Below, in pieces: positions 18,859 to 29,781 of a stretch of DNA of 64,000 bases. Numbering within the stretch: the stretch's first letter is position 1; the number at the start of each line of letters is the position of its first letter. Origin of the DNA: Alphaproteobacteria bacterium (GTDB lineage: Bacteria > Pseudomonadota > Alphaproteobacteria > SHVP01). The notes below the pieces were generated by a model, which saw nothing but the letters and a program-made list of their open reading frames with translations, searched no databases and was not told the origin of the DNA. Where the stretch lies: positions 59,964-123,963 of the forward strand of contig VGES01000002.1 of assembly GCA_016869765.1 (NCBI GenBank). The letters run 5' to 3'. Both the position numbers and the translations under genes were made by a program.

Positions 18859-18987
18859 CACGTTGTCTGGGCTGCTGAAGGCCCCTACCATCCGCCGCGA
18901 CCCGCCGGGTGAGCCCGAGGCCCGGCGACAACAACAAAACGTCGGTCGAGGGGGTCGGGCATCGCGCGGCGGTTCCCGCTGCGCCGT

Positions 18988-19521
18988 TTGGGTTCGATGA
19001 GTCACCTCAGCCGCATCATCGACGGAATCGACACGATTGCTCGCGTGTTCGTGACCGTGGCCGTCTCGGTCATCACGATCGTGATGCTGGCCCAAGTGTT
19101 CTTCCGCTATGTGATCAACGACTCGTTGCAGTGGTCTGAGGAATTCTCGATCTACACCATGGTGTGGACGGTGTTCATTGGCGCTGTGATCTTGATCCGA
19201 AACTGGGAACACATCGCGATCCCGTCGTTCTTGAACCTTTTGCCGTTCCCGGCGCGCGGCTGGATGTTTGTCTTCGCCAAGGTGCTTTGCGTCGTCTTTT
19301 TCGTCATGGTGGCGTACTGGGGCTTCGAGTTCGTCGATCAACGCGTACACGCCCGCTCGCCTTCCATGGGTTTCTCGACGCGCTGGGTCAAGTTGTCGAT
19401 TCCGGTCGGCGCTACGTTGATGGTGCTGTTCACGATCAACGAGATCCTGCGCGACATCCTGGCGATCCGCTCCAAGGACACCGGCTACTTCGCCCGTCTG
19501 GGTGAAGGCGGCAGCCTCTAG
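18988..19521 (+). CDS. dctQ: TRAP transporter small permease DctQ
   Basis: ~175 aa with four transmembrane segments. ARVFVTVAVSVITIVMLAQVFFRYVINDSLQWSEEFSIYTMVWTVFIGAV. An alternative start lies at MSHLS (18997). Confidence 0.85.
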   Translation: MGSMSHLSRIIDGIDTIARVFVTVAVSVITIVMLAQVFFRYVINDSLQWSEEFSIYTMVWTVFIGAVILIRNWEHIAIPSFLNLLPFPARGWMFVFAKVLCVVFFVMVAYWGFEFVDQRVHARSPSMGFSTRWVKLSIPVGATLMVLFTINEILRDILAIRSKDTGYFARLGEGGSL

Positions 19522-20851
19522 CGCCATGGAGATCGTCGCCCTCTATCTGCTGCTGCCCCTGTTCGTGCTTCTGGTGTTGGGCGTGCCGATCGCGATCAGC
19601 CTCGGGCTCTCCTCGGCGTTCTTCCTCTACCTGATGAACATTCCCGAGCTCGAGCTCGCGGCCCGGCCGATCCCGATCATGACGCTGGTCACCGAGATGT
19701 TCACCGGGGTCAACCAGTTTGCGCTGCTCGCGCTGCCGATGTTCGTGCTGTCGGGCGAGTTGATGAACCGGTTCAACATCGTCGATCGCCTGATCGACCT
19801 CGCGCGCTACTCGATCGGGTGGGTGCGGGGCGGCATGGCGCACGTCACGATCGCGGCCAGCACCATGTTCGCGTTCATCTCGGGCTCGGCGCTGGCGACG
19901 GCCGCCTCGATCGGGCCGATCATGATCCCGGCAATGATCAAGGAAAAGTACCCGAACGCCTTCGCCGCGGCCCTCGTGGCGGCGGCCGCGATGTTGGGGC
20001 CGATCATTCCGCCCTCGACACCGATGATCATTGTCGGCAGCCAGCTTGGAATCTCGATCGGCGGCATGTTTGCGGGCGGTATCTTGCCGGGCCTGATGAT
20101 CAGCGCCGTCCTTATGATCATGTCCTATCTCATCGCCCGTCGCCGCAACATGGGGGAGGTCCACAAGTTCGAGGGCGTGCCGGCGATCACGCGCAGCATC
20201 TTCCGCGCGCTGCCGGCGATTTCGGTCCCTGCCCTGTTGTTGATCGGGATTATCGGCGGCGTGTTCACGCCGACCGAAGCCGGGGCGGTCACGGTCGCCT
20301 ACGCCCTCTTCCTGGGTACGTTCTATTTCCGCACGGCGGAACGCAGCAAAATCCTCGGAGCGCTGTGGTCCACCGCGAAGATCACGGCCTCGGTGTTGTT
20401 CATCGTCGCCTGCGCGCTCGTCTTCAACCGGATCATGACCTACTTCCAGGTCCCGCAGAACCTCGTGAAGCTCATGGTCAGCATCTCGAGTGATCCGGTC
20501 GTGCTGGTGATCATCATCATCGCGTTCCTGCTGTTCGTCGGCACGTTCATGGACGAGCTTTCGAACCTGATCATTCTCGGGCCCCTCTTGATGCCGGTGT
20601 GCACCCAGGTGGTCGGGATGCACCCAATCCAGTACGGGCTCTTCCTGATGGTGGGCATCCTGCTTGGCCTGCTGACCCCGCCACTGAGCCTGTTGCTCAA
20701 CGTCGCGGCGCCAATCGGCAGGGTTTCCGTAGGACGGGTGTCGGTCGTCGTACTGCCGTTCTTCTTCGCCCAAGTCTTGATCGTTGCGGCCATCGCCTTC
20801 ATCCCAGCCATCACCCTGGCCCTCCCGCGGCTGTTCGGGTTCGTTGACTAG
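19502..20851 (+). CDS. dctM: TRAP transporter large permease DctM
   Basis: ~440 aa polytopic DctM. Overlaps dctQ by 20 nt. An alternative start lies at MEIVALYLLL (19526). Confidence 0.9.
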   Translation: MKAAASSAMEIVALYLLLPLFVLLVLGVPIAISLGLSSAFFLYLMNIPELELAARPIPIMTLVTEMFTGVNQFALLALPMFVLSGELMNRFNIVDRLIDLARYSIGWVRGGMAHVTIAASTMFAFISGSALATAASIGPIMIPAMIKEKYPNAFAAALVAAAAMLGPIIPPSTPMIIVGSQLGISIGGMFAGGILPGLMISAVLMIMSYLIARRRNMGEVHKFEGVPAITRSIFRALPAISVPALLLIGIIGGVFTPTEAGAVTVAYALFLGTFYFRTAERSKILGALWSTAKITASVLFIVACALVFNRIMTYFQVPQNLVKLMVSISSDPVVLVIIIIAFLLFVGTFMDELSNLIILGPLLMPVCTQVVGMHPIQYGLFLMVGILLGLLTPPLSLLLNVAAPIGRVSVGRVSVVVLPFFFAQVLIVAAIAFIPAITLALPRLFGFVD

Positions 20852-20985
20852 CGGTCGCTTCACCGCCCCTTCAAGAATCCGCTGCCGGACCCCAGATTGC
20901 CGTTGTCAGCCGAGCGCATTTGTCCTTGAATCCGGGCCGTTTCGTGCCCGGGGGAGCGTGGCGCGAACGAGGTGAGGGACGGGCG

Positions 20986-22095
20986 ATGGCGGGGCGTCGG
21001 GCTACGCGCCGTGACGTGATCGGGGGGGCCGCAGCAGCAATCGCGGCGGGGATTGCGACTCTGTCCGCGGCGTCCGCGCAGCAGACCTCCCCCCCCAAGG
21101 CGCCAGCGACGACAACTCCGCCGCCGGCGCGCCGCGGCAAACCGCCCGGCAAACTCCTACGCACGTATCACCGCCCCATCGTCGTCGGGCTGAACGCCCA
21201 GCCGGGCGAACCCACCTACCAGTCGATCGCCGACATCCCGAAGATCCTCAAAGACAAGTACGACATCGTGATGGAATTCCAAATCCATCCCGGGTCGACG
21301 CTCGGCACCGATCTCTCCCAGCTCGAGGCCGTGCAGGCTGGCTATCTCGACATCACGAGCAACACGACGTCGCAGTTCTCGGTATTCGACGACTCGTTTG
21401 CCTTCGTCGATCTGCCGCATTTGATTTCGAGTTGGGACACGGCGCTGCGGTTGTTCCGTTCACCGCTGTGGCAGCAGCAGGCGGCGGCGTTCGAGAAGGT
21501 CGTGCCGGTCAAGGTGTTGCCGCCGGCCACCGCCGGTGGTTTCCGCCGCGTCGCCAACAGCAAACGCCGGGCCACTGTCCCCGCGGACCTCAAAGGCCTC
21601 AAGCTTCGTGCCACACGATCCCCGATCGAACAGGCGCTGATCCGCCAGTGGGGGGCCGAGCCTGTGGCCTTGCCATGGGTCGAAACGTACGCGAGCTTGG
21701 CGCAGGGTGCGATCGACGGCATCCACGTCCAGCCGATCTGGATGTCGCGCTTCAAGATGCACGAGCAGATCAAGTTCGTGACCGACGTCGTCTCGCTGTT
21801 CACCGTTCAGCTTCAGGTGATGAACACGAAGACCTGGGAAGAGATGCCCCCCGAGATCCAGGATCCGTTTCTGCGTGCCGCCCAGGAGGCGGCGGACCGC
21901 GCCAATACGCGCGACCGGGCGATGGAGACCGCCGCCCTCGACGAACTCAAGAAGGCCGGTGTCGAGGTCTATACCCCGACCGCCGACGAAGCGGCGCAAT
22001 GGCGCGCGGCCGGCGACAAAGTGCTCACCGCCCTCGGGGCGCAGATCGACAAGAAAATCGTCGACGGAGTGACCGCCCTCGCCCGCGGCGCGTAG
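20986..22095 (+). CDS. TRAP transporter solute-binding protein DctP family (paralog 3) with Pro/Thr-rich linker after signal peptide
   Basis: MAGRRATRRDVIGGAAAAIAAGIATLSAASAQQTSPPKAPATTTPPPARRGKPP followed by the DctP domain (LSQLEAVQAGYLDITSN, VKVLPPATAGGFR). GAGG ribosome-binding site before ATG 20986. Confidence 0.85.
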   Translation: MAGRRATRRDVIGGAAAAIAAGIATLSAASAQQTSPPKAPATTTPPPARRGKPPGKLLRTYHRPIVVGLNAQPGEPTYQSIADIPKILKDKYDIVMEFQIHPGSTLGTDLSQLEAVQAGYLDITSNTTSQFSVFDDSFAFVDLPHLISSWDTALRLFRSPLWQQQAAAFEKVVPVKVLPPATAGGFRRVANSKRRATVPADLKGLKLRATRSPIEQALIRQWGAEPVALPWVETYASLAQGAIDGIHVQPIWMSRFKMHEQIKFVTDVVSLFTVQLQVMNTKTWEEMPPEIQDPFLRAAQEAADRANTRDRAMETAALDELKKAGVEVYTPTADEAAQWRAAGDKVLTALGAQIDKKIVDGVTALARGA

Positions 22096-22123
22096 CCTGC
22101 ACAGCCTACCCCCGGAGTAACTG

Positions 22124-22906
22124 CTACTTCTTCGCCGACACCCCGCCGTCGACCAAAAGGCCGACGCCGGTGACGTAGCTCGCCTCGTCGCTCGCGAGAA
22201 ACAGAATCGGGCGCGCCACTTCCTCCGGCGCAGCGTAGCGCTTCAGCGGCACGTGGTCGACCCCCGCGCGCCCATCGCCGCCCACCAATTGACGCCCCGG
22301 AGGGCGCAGCATCGGTGTATCGATCGGTCCCGGAAGGACCGCGTTGCACCGGATGTTCCAACCCTGTTGCGCGCAATGCCGGGCGATCGTTTTGGTGTAC
22401 TGCAGGACCGCCGCCTTGCTGGCGCCGTAGACCGCCCGCACCGGCCAGCCCTTGTTGGCGGCGATCGAGGAGACGTTGACGATGGCCCCGCCCCCGGCCG
22501 CGCGCATGGCGGCAATCGCGAGCCGGCACCCCAGGACCAGGCCCTCGACGTTGACCCCCTGAATCCAGCGCCAGGTCTCGAGCGTTACGGCCTCGGGCTC
22601 CTGGGCCGGCGTGTGATCGGGCCGAACGCCGTTGATGCCGGCGATGTTGGCGAGCACGTCGAGGCGACCAAATCGATCCGTGGCCGCCGCGAGGACCGCA
22701 CGCCACTGTTCTTCCTCGCGCACGTCGTGCTGGACGAACACCGCGCGGTGCTCGATCTCGGCCTCCCAGACGGCCTGGTCGACCGCTGCGACGTCGCTGC
22801 CGATCACCTTGGCGCCCTCGGCGGCGAACAACCGCGCCGTCGCCCGTCCGATACCCGACGCTGCCCCGGTGACGATCGCCACTTTGTCTCGAAGACGTCC
22901 GGTCAT
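22124..22906 (-). CDS. SDR family oxidoreductase
   Basis: DKVAIVTGAASGIGRATA...NIAG...YGASKAAV. Confidence 0.85.
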   Translation of the reverse strand: MTGRLRDKVAIVTGAASGIGRATARLFAAEGAKVIGSDVAAVDQAVWEAEIEHRAVFVQHDVREEEQWRAVLAAATDRFGRLDVLANIAGINGVRPDHTPAQEPEAVTLETWRWIQGVNVEGLVLGCRLAIAAMRAAGGGAIVNVSSIAANKGWPVRAVYGASKAAVLQYTKTIARHCAQQGWNIRCNAVLPGPIDTPMLRPPGRQLVGGDGRAGVDHVPLKRYAAPEEVARPILFLASDEASYVTGVGLLVDGGVSAKK

Positions 22907-23655
22907 GTCGCCGACAAACCGCCATCGACGAACAGCTCGGCCCCCGTGACATAGCTCGCATCGTCGCTGGCCAGGAACACGATGGCCGCGGCGACCTCCT
23001 CGGGCTCACCGTACCGCTGCATCGGGACGTGGGGCGCCTCGATCCCGCCCGCCCGGCCGCCGGTGAGCGGCCGGAAGGTCGCGGTCTTGATCCCCCCCGG
23101 ATGCACGCTATTGCACCGGATCGTCGCAACGCCCTCGGCGCTGTGGAGCGCCAGCGACTTGGTGTAGGACCAGATCGCAGCCTTGCTCGCCCCATACGCC
23201 GCATTCGCCGGAACACCGATGATCGCCGCGACCGAGGACAGGTTCACGATCGCCGCGTGCGATGAGCGGCGGAGCGTTGGCAATGCGATCTGGCAACCGA
23301 GCACGGTTCCCTCGACGTTGACCTCCTGCATGAGCCGCCAATGTTCGAGCGTTACGTGTTCGGGGTCATGACGCCCCGAGGGGGCCGCCCCGGGATTGAG
23401 GCCGGCACTGTTCACCAGGATATCGAGCCCACCGAAACGCTCGACGGCGGTGGCCACCGCCGTGTGCCATTGATCGGCGCGCCGAACATCGTGCACGAGG
23501 TCCACAAATCGGTCGTCGCTCGTTCGCCAGGCGATCGGTACGGCGTCTGTCGCCACGACACGTGCACCCTCGTGGAGGAACGCCCGCACCGTCGCCGCGC
23601 CGATCCCCGACGCCGCCCCAGTGACAAGGGCCACCCGATCCAGAAGCCGCGACAT
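22903..23655 (-). CDS. SDR family oxidoreductase
   Basis: DRVALVTGAASGIGAATV...NSAG...YGASKAAI. Overlaps the downstream SDR by 4 bp. Confidence 0.85.
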   Translation of the reverse strand: MSRLLDRVALVTGAASGIGAATVRAFLHEGARVVATDAVPIAWRTSDDRFVDLVHDVRRADQWHTAVATAVERFGGLDILVNSAGLNPGAAPSGRHDPEHVTLEHWRLMQEVNVEGTVLGCQIALPTLRRSSHAAIVNLSSVAAIIGVPANAAYGASKAAIWSYTKSLALHSAEGVATIRCNSVHPGGIKTATFRPLTGGRAGGIEAPHVPMQRYGEPEEVAAAIVFLASDDASYVTGAELFVDGGLSAT

Positions 23656-25303
<1,648 letters not shown>

Positions 25304-25659
25304 GATCCCCACCCCCGGACGGCCCCAAATCGGGCCGCTACTCCGACAATCTGATGAATTATGCCATGCGACCCCGCGTGTCCCAACTGGAACGCGATGT
25401 CCCAGCGACAGCAATTTCGATCAAGCATCGCCAGCGCGCTTCTGCACAACGGCTCCCACGCAGGAGACCTCGTGAGTTGCGTCCAGCGCGCGATCTGTCA
25501 ATGCGCCGGACTTCGAACGCTATGGCGAGACTTTCGACCCTGGAACGGGAGAAGGTGGCGTCGCGATTTGGATTCCGATCCATCGTTGATGCGTCAGGCG
25601 GGTTCTCAGCACGGGGCGGAGCGATCATAATCGGCGCCCTCGACCACGGGAGAACAACC

Positions 25660-26004
25660 ATGTCCGAAACGTTCGTTCGGCCACTGATGCGCAGCGCCGT
25701 CAAACACAATGGCGTGCTCTACCTGGCGGGCCAGGTCGCCTATGACCGTCCGGGGGCGCCGATCCGCGAACAGACGCAGGACGCCTTGGCCCATATCGAC
25801 AGGTTGCTGCGCGAGAACGGCAGCGACCGTAGCAAGCTTCTGTCCGCGCAGGTGTGGATCGTCGACATGAACGACTACAACGCCATGAACGAGGTCTGGA
25901 ACGCCTGGGTCGACCCCAAGGCCCCGCCGGTGCGAGCCTGCGTCCAGGCGACGCTGGCGCGCCCGGAATATCGCGTCGAGATCATGGTGACCGCGGCGTG
26001 CTGA
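25660..26004 (+). CDS. RidA/YjgF (endoribonuclease L-PSP) family protein
   Basis: MSETFVRPLMRSAVKHNGVLYLAGQVAYD...RACVQATLARPEYRVEIMVTAAC. GGGAGA ribosome-binding site 6 nt upstream. Confidence 0.8.
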   Translation: MSETFVRPLMRSAVKHNGVLYLAGQVAYDRPGAPIREQTQDALAHIDRLLRENGSDRSKLLSAQVWIVDMNDYNAMNEVWNAWVDPKAPPVRACVQATLARPEYRVEIMVTAAC

Positions 26005-26348
26005 CGCCGCTCGTCCTTCCCGTCCAACGCCTAGCGACCGTCGCTGCGGGCGTGGCGTTCCTTGCCGGGCAATACGCAGCCGATTGCCCCGCCGCGCCTA
26101 TCGCGGTGCAAGCACGCAACGCCCTTGATCGCCTGGATGGCATCCTGCCCACGATCGGCAGCACCCGGGACCGCCTGCTGTGGGTCCTCGTTTACCTGGC
26201 GGACATCGCGAGGGACCGCGAAGGCTTCACGCGGGTTTGGAATGATTGGATCGCCGGCCGCGCTGCGCCGTCCCTCACGATGGTTCAGGTCGGGCTGGCA
26301 GCGCCGGAATATCGCGTCGTCGTGTTGGCCACGGCCGCAGTCGACTGA
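25998..26348 (+). CDS. RidA/YjgF family protein (tandem paralog; GTG start overlapping previous stop)
   Basis: VLTPLVLPVQRLATVAAGVAFLAGQYAAD...MVQVGLAAPEYRVVVLATAAVD aligns residue-by-residue with the preceding RidA. GTG 25998 overlaps TGA 26002-26004. Confidence 0.6.
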   Translation: MLTPLVLPVQRLATVAAGVAFLAGQYAADCPAAPIAVQARNALDRLDGILPTIGSTRDRLLWVLVYLADIARDREGFTRVWNDWIAGRAAPSLTMVQVGLAAPEYRVVVLATAAVD

Positions 26349-26870
26349 CTACATCAGTCTGGTGCCAGGAGGCGGCGCCTCCTGTTCGGGGTCCTCGAGC
26401 TTCAACGAGAAACCCCATTTCGCCTTTTCGACGACCTTTTCGAGCAAGTGACAGAACGAGTGGATCGCCTTGTCGGGAAGCGTCAAGGTGATCGACTTCC
26501 CGTCCTTCGGGAACAATGTCAGGGCGTGCACCCCGGGCTTTGGCGTCGCGACCGTGAGCTTGGTGATCAGGATGGGCGTTTCGCCGAGCGGCAACGTGGC
26601 GGGCCTCGCCTGATAGGGCTTGCTGAAGTCGCTTTTGTCCACGGCATCCTTGTGCTTGAGGGCCATAACCGACTTGCGGGAGTCGGCCGGAACGTGCGCC
26701 ACCATCTGCGGGTTCGCCTCGAGCCGACGCATCAACACCATCCAAAGAAGTTGCGTGACCCGGCGCGTGAGCCAAATCCGCATTTCCTCGCCGGCCGTGG
26801 TGTTGACCCGCAGCAACACGCGATCCTCGACCGCGTCGTAGTTCAAATTGAATTGATGGAGCGATGCCAC
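26349..26870 (-). CDS. Hypothetical protein (no recognisable family)
   Basis: 173-aa ORF directly downstream of tRNA-Leu on the same strand. No motif recognised. Confidence 0.45.
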   Translation of the reverse strand: MASLHQFNLNYDAVEDRVLLRVNTTAGEEMRIWLTRRVTQLLWMVLMRRLEANPQMVAHVPADSRKSVMALKHKDAVDKSDFSKPYQARPATLPLGETPILITKLTVATPKPGVHALTLFPKDGKSITLTLPDKAIHSFCHLLEKVVEKAKWGFSLKLEDPEQEAPPPGTRLM

Positions 26871-26892
26871 GGGTGGCGTCCTAACGGCCCGG

Positions 26893-26979
26893 TGGTGCGG
26901 GTGGAGGGAATCGAACCCCCACTCCCCGAAGGGAACGAGATTTTGAGTCTCGCGCGTCTACCAGTTCCGCCACACCCGC
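26893..26979 (-). tRNA. tRNA-Leu (anticodon CAA), CCA encoded
   Basis: Reverse complement reads GCGGGTG-TG-GCGGAACTGGTAGACGC-G-CGAGA-CTCAAAA-TCTCG-(14-nt variable arm)-GGGGGTTCGATTCCCTC-CACCCGC-A-CCA. Canonical type II Leu cloverleaf. Confidence 0.85.
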
Positions 26980-27175
26980 GATCCGGGCAAGAAAACCCGC
27001 GGGCATCATAGGGAAGCGCCCCCCCGCGTCAATCCCGCGGTTCGCGGCGCTCGACCCCGTGGCGATTCCCGACGGTCGCCTCGGCGCCGGACGCCGCCCG
27101 GTATGTGTACACTCGCGGTTCGGTTGCTGGATAACGCGCCCGCCATCGGCTTAGATCGGGGCGACAGGGTCGTAC

Positions 27176-28081
27176 ATGGGCATGCTCAGGCGCGTTCTCG
27201 CGGTTGTTGCGGCGCTCGCCGTCGTCGCCGGCTGCTCCTCGATTCGCCTCGCGTACAACTACGCCGACGACTACGTCTACCACACGCTGGATCAAGCCTT
27301 CGGCCTCGACGACACCCAGCAGACCCGGGTATCGGCCAGCCTGCGCGACGTCCACGCCTGGCACCGTTCGACGCAACTCGACCTTTACCGTGAAAGCCTG
27401 GTGCTGGCGCGCGACCGACTGGCGGGGGATCCGACGCCCGCCGACGTCGAGGAGTTCCTGGCGCGGGTCCGTTCCCACACGCGCGTCCTCACCGAGCAGG
27501 CCGCCAGACCTCTGGCGCAACTCCTGATCTCGCTCCGGCCCGAACAGTTGACGCGAATCGAGGAACAATTCGCCCGCGACGCTGATCGCTTCGTGCGCGA
27601 GGCTCGGAAAGAAACGCATGAGGACCGCCTGAAGCGGCGCGTTGGCCGGGTCGAAGAGAGCTACCGCTTCTGGCTCGGGCGGTTGAGCGAGGCGCAGCTC
27701 GCACGCGTTCGGACGTTATGGCAGGACCGCACGAACCACCATGAAACCGCCTATGCGGAGCGCCAAGCGAGGCAGGCCGTGATGTTGACGCTGGTGCGCG
27801 ACTTGGCAACGACCCAGCCCCCGATCGAGGAAGCGGAGCAACGGGTCAAGGCCACAGCCATCCTTCTCGAGGCCAGCCAGGACCCGACTCGACGCGCGTA
27901 CTTCGAAAAACTCGGCGAGGACAGCGCTCGCATGATTTCGGATGTGCTGGTGCTGCGCAGCGAAGCGCAACGGCGCGCCCTCGACCGGCGTCTTGCAGGA
28001 CTAGCCGAAGATCTTGTGGCGCTGGCCAACCGTGGACGGCCTGGCCAGGCGGTCGCCGCAGAGGCCGAACCAAAGCGCTAG
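27176..28081 (+). CDS. Hypothetical lipoprotein (Arg/Glu-rich helical)
   Basis: Signal peptide plus lipobox (AVVAGC|SS), followed by a 280-aa charged helical region. Confidence 0.55.
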   Translation: MGMLRRVLAVVAALAVVAGCSSIRLAYNYADDYVYHTLDQAFGLDDTQQTRVSASLRDVHAWHRSTQLDLYRESLVLARDRLAGDPTPADVEEFLARVRSHTRVLTEQAARPLAQLLISLRPEQLTRIEEQFARDADRFVREARKETHEDRLKRRVGRVEESYRFWLGRLSEAQLARVRTLWQDRTNHHETAYAERQARQAVMLTLVRDLATTQPPIEEAEQRVKATAILLEASQDPTRRAYFEKLGEDSARMISDVLVLRSEAQRRALDRRLAGLAEDLVALANRGRPGQAVAAEAEPKR

Positions 28082-28101
28082 GTCCGCTGGGCGGTTTTGC
28101 G

Positions 28102-28719
28102 TTGCTGCGCCCGGTGCGCCCTGCTATTGCACCGCCCGTGCTGCGTGGTCTCTACGACTGGATGATGAACCAAGCGACGCGCCCCTATGCCGTGCGCTCG
28201 CTCGCGATCGTCTCGTTCCTGGAAAGCTCGATCTTCCCGATTCCGCCGGATGTCATGTTGCTTCCCATGTGCTTGGCCAATCGGGCACGGTCCTGGCACT
28301 ACGCAACCATCTGTACGATTGCCTCGGTGCTAGGCGGCTTCCTCGGGTATGCCGTGGGGTATTTCCTGATCGAAACGGTCGGCCGCTGGATCATCGATCT
28401 CTATGGCTACGCCGAGGCCTTCGCCGCCTATCAGGATGCCTATCGCGAGTGGGGCCTATGGATCATCCTGATCAAGGGGCTGACGCCGATCCCCTACAAG
28501 CTCGTGACCATTGCCAGCGGCGCGGCGGAGTTCAGTCTCGCCGTGTTCGCGATCGCGTCCGTTGCGACGCGTGGTGCACGCTTCTTCCTGGTTGCGGCTT
28601 TGCTTTGGCACTTCGGCGAACCGATTCGCGGCTTCGTCGAGCGCAACCTGACCTGGGTGACGACGATCTTCGCCATCGGCTTGGTCGGAGGTTTCGTCGT
28701 CGTGCGCTACTTCGTTTAG
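28102..28719 (+). CDS. YqaA/DedA-superfamily inner membrane protein
   Basis: SFLESSIFPIPPDVMLLPM motif typical of the YqaA family; four transmembrane segments. Confidence 0.75.
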   Translation: MLRPVRPAIAPPVLRGLYDWMMNQATRPYAVRSLAIVSFLESSIFPIPPDVMLLPMCLANRARSWHYATICTIASVLGGFLGYAVGYFLIETVGRWIIDLYGYAEAFAAYQDAYREWGLWIILIKGLTPIPYKLVTIASGAAEFSLAVFAIASVATRGARFFLVAALLWHFGEPIRGFVERNLTWVTTIFAIGLVGGFVVVRYFV

Positions 28720-28730
28720 GAGCACAAGAG

Positions 28731-29231
28731 ATGATCAGCATCGACCATGTCCGTCTGATGGCGAACTACAACCGCTGGCAAAACCAGAGCCTCTATCGCG
28801 CGGCGAACGGCATCGGTGACGACGAACGCCGGCGCGACCGCGGGGCATTCTTCGGTTCGATTCACGCGACGCTGAGCCACATCCTGTGGGCAGACCAGGT
28901 TTGGATGCATCGCCTCGTGGGCTGGGCCAAACCAACCGGGTCGGGCTTCGCCGATTCGCTCCGCCAGTGGCCGGAGTGGTCCGTGCTCGTCGCCGAGCGG
29001 CAGCGCACGGATGCGGCCTTGATCGACTGGAGCCAGCAGCTGACCCCGAACGAATTGGCCGGCGACTACGCATGGTATTCGGCGGCCGCTGGCCGCGACA
29101 TGCGAAAGCCGCGCTGGCTCTTGTTCACCCATATGTTCAATCACCAGACGCATCATCGCGGCCAGGTGCATGCGATGTTGACCCAGGCCGGCGCAAAGCC
29201 CGAAGACACGGACATTCCTCTGATGCCGTGA
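28731..29231 (+). CDS. DinB/YfiT-like family protein (putative metal-dependent hydrolase fold)
   Basis: MISIDHVRLMANYNRWQNQSLYRAA...FNHQTHHRGQVHAMLTQAG. AGGAG ribosome-binding site upstream of ATG 28731. Confidence 0.7.
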   Translation: MISIDHVRLMANYNRWQNQSLYRAANGIGDDERRRDRGAFFGSIHATLSHILWADQVWMHRLVGWAKPTGSGFADSLRQWPEWSVLVAERQRTDAALIDWSQQLTPNELAGDYAWYSAAAGRDMRKPRWLLFTHMFNHQTHHRGQVHAMLTQAGAKPEDTDIPLMP

Positions 29232-29268
29232 CATTGCCGGGCGCAGGCGCCCTGCCTACATTGCCGGC

Positions 29269-29781
29269 ATGGCATGGCTCGATCCCGTTCGATTTGCCTG
29301 GGTGCTGGCCACCGTCAGCGCGCTGTTGCTGTTCGGGGCGTTGGGCTTTCAGTACATCGGAGAAATGCCTCCCTGCGCCCTCTGCCACTACCAGCGCTAC
29401 CCGCACATTCTCGCCATCGGGATCGCTGCGATCGCGATTGCCCTCGGGCCCGGCGGCGAGGGGCGTAGCGCCCAGCTTGGGCTGATCGCGCTTGCCGGCA
29501 CCGCCCTCGCCGGCGGTACCGCCGTCGCGGGCTTTCATGTCGGCGTCGAGCAGAAGTGGTGGGCTGGGATTCAAGCCTGCGGCGGCGGCCTTACGACGAC
29601 CGGGCTTTCCCTCGAGGCCTTGCGCGATCAGCTGATGCGAACGCCGATCGTCCGCTGTGATCGCGTTCCGTGGGAGCTGTTCGGCATCTCGCTCGCCGGG
29701 TTCAATTTTCTGATTTCCCTGGCCCTGGCCGTTTCTAGCGCCTGGGCCATCGCGCTTTTCCGGGCCCGGAGAACGGCATGA
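29269..29781 (+). CDS. dsbB: Disulfide bond formation protein B
   Basis: CALCHYQRYPH first Cys pair; second pair C...C in the periplasmic loop; four transmembrane segments. Confidence 0.8.
   Translation: MAWLDPVRFAWVLATVSALLLFGALGFQYIGEMPPCALCHYQRYPHILAIGIAAIAIALGPGGEGRSAQLGLIALAGTALAGGTAVAGFHVGVEQKWWAGIQACGGGLTTTGLSLEALRDQLMRTPIVRCDRVPWELFGISLAGFNFLISLALAVSSAWAIALFRARRTA

Noticed and set aside
19436-20863. 475-aa highly charged (D/E/R/H-rich) ORF on the minus strand
   Set aside because: Antisense of the DctM membrane permease; a GC-rich antisense artefact.
25304-25420. Sigma-54 (-24 GG / -12 GC) promoter and NtrC sites upstream of amtB
   Set aside because: Scanned the reverse-complement sequence. 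No TGGCAC-N5-TTGCW match within 150 nt, only partial resemblances.
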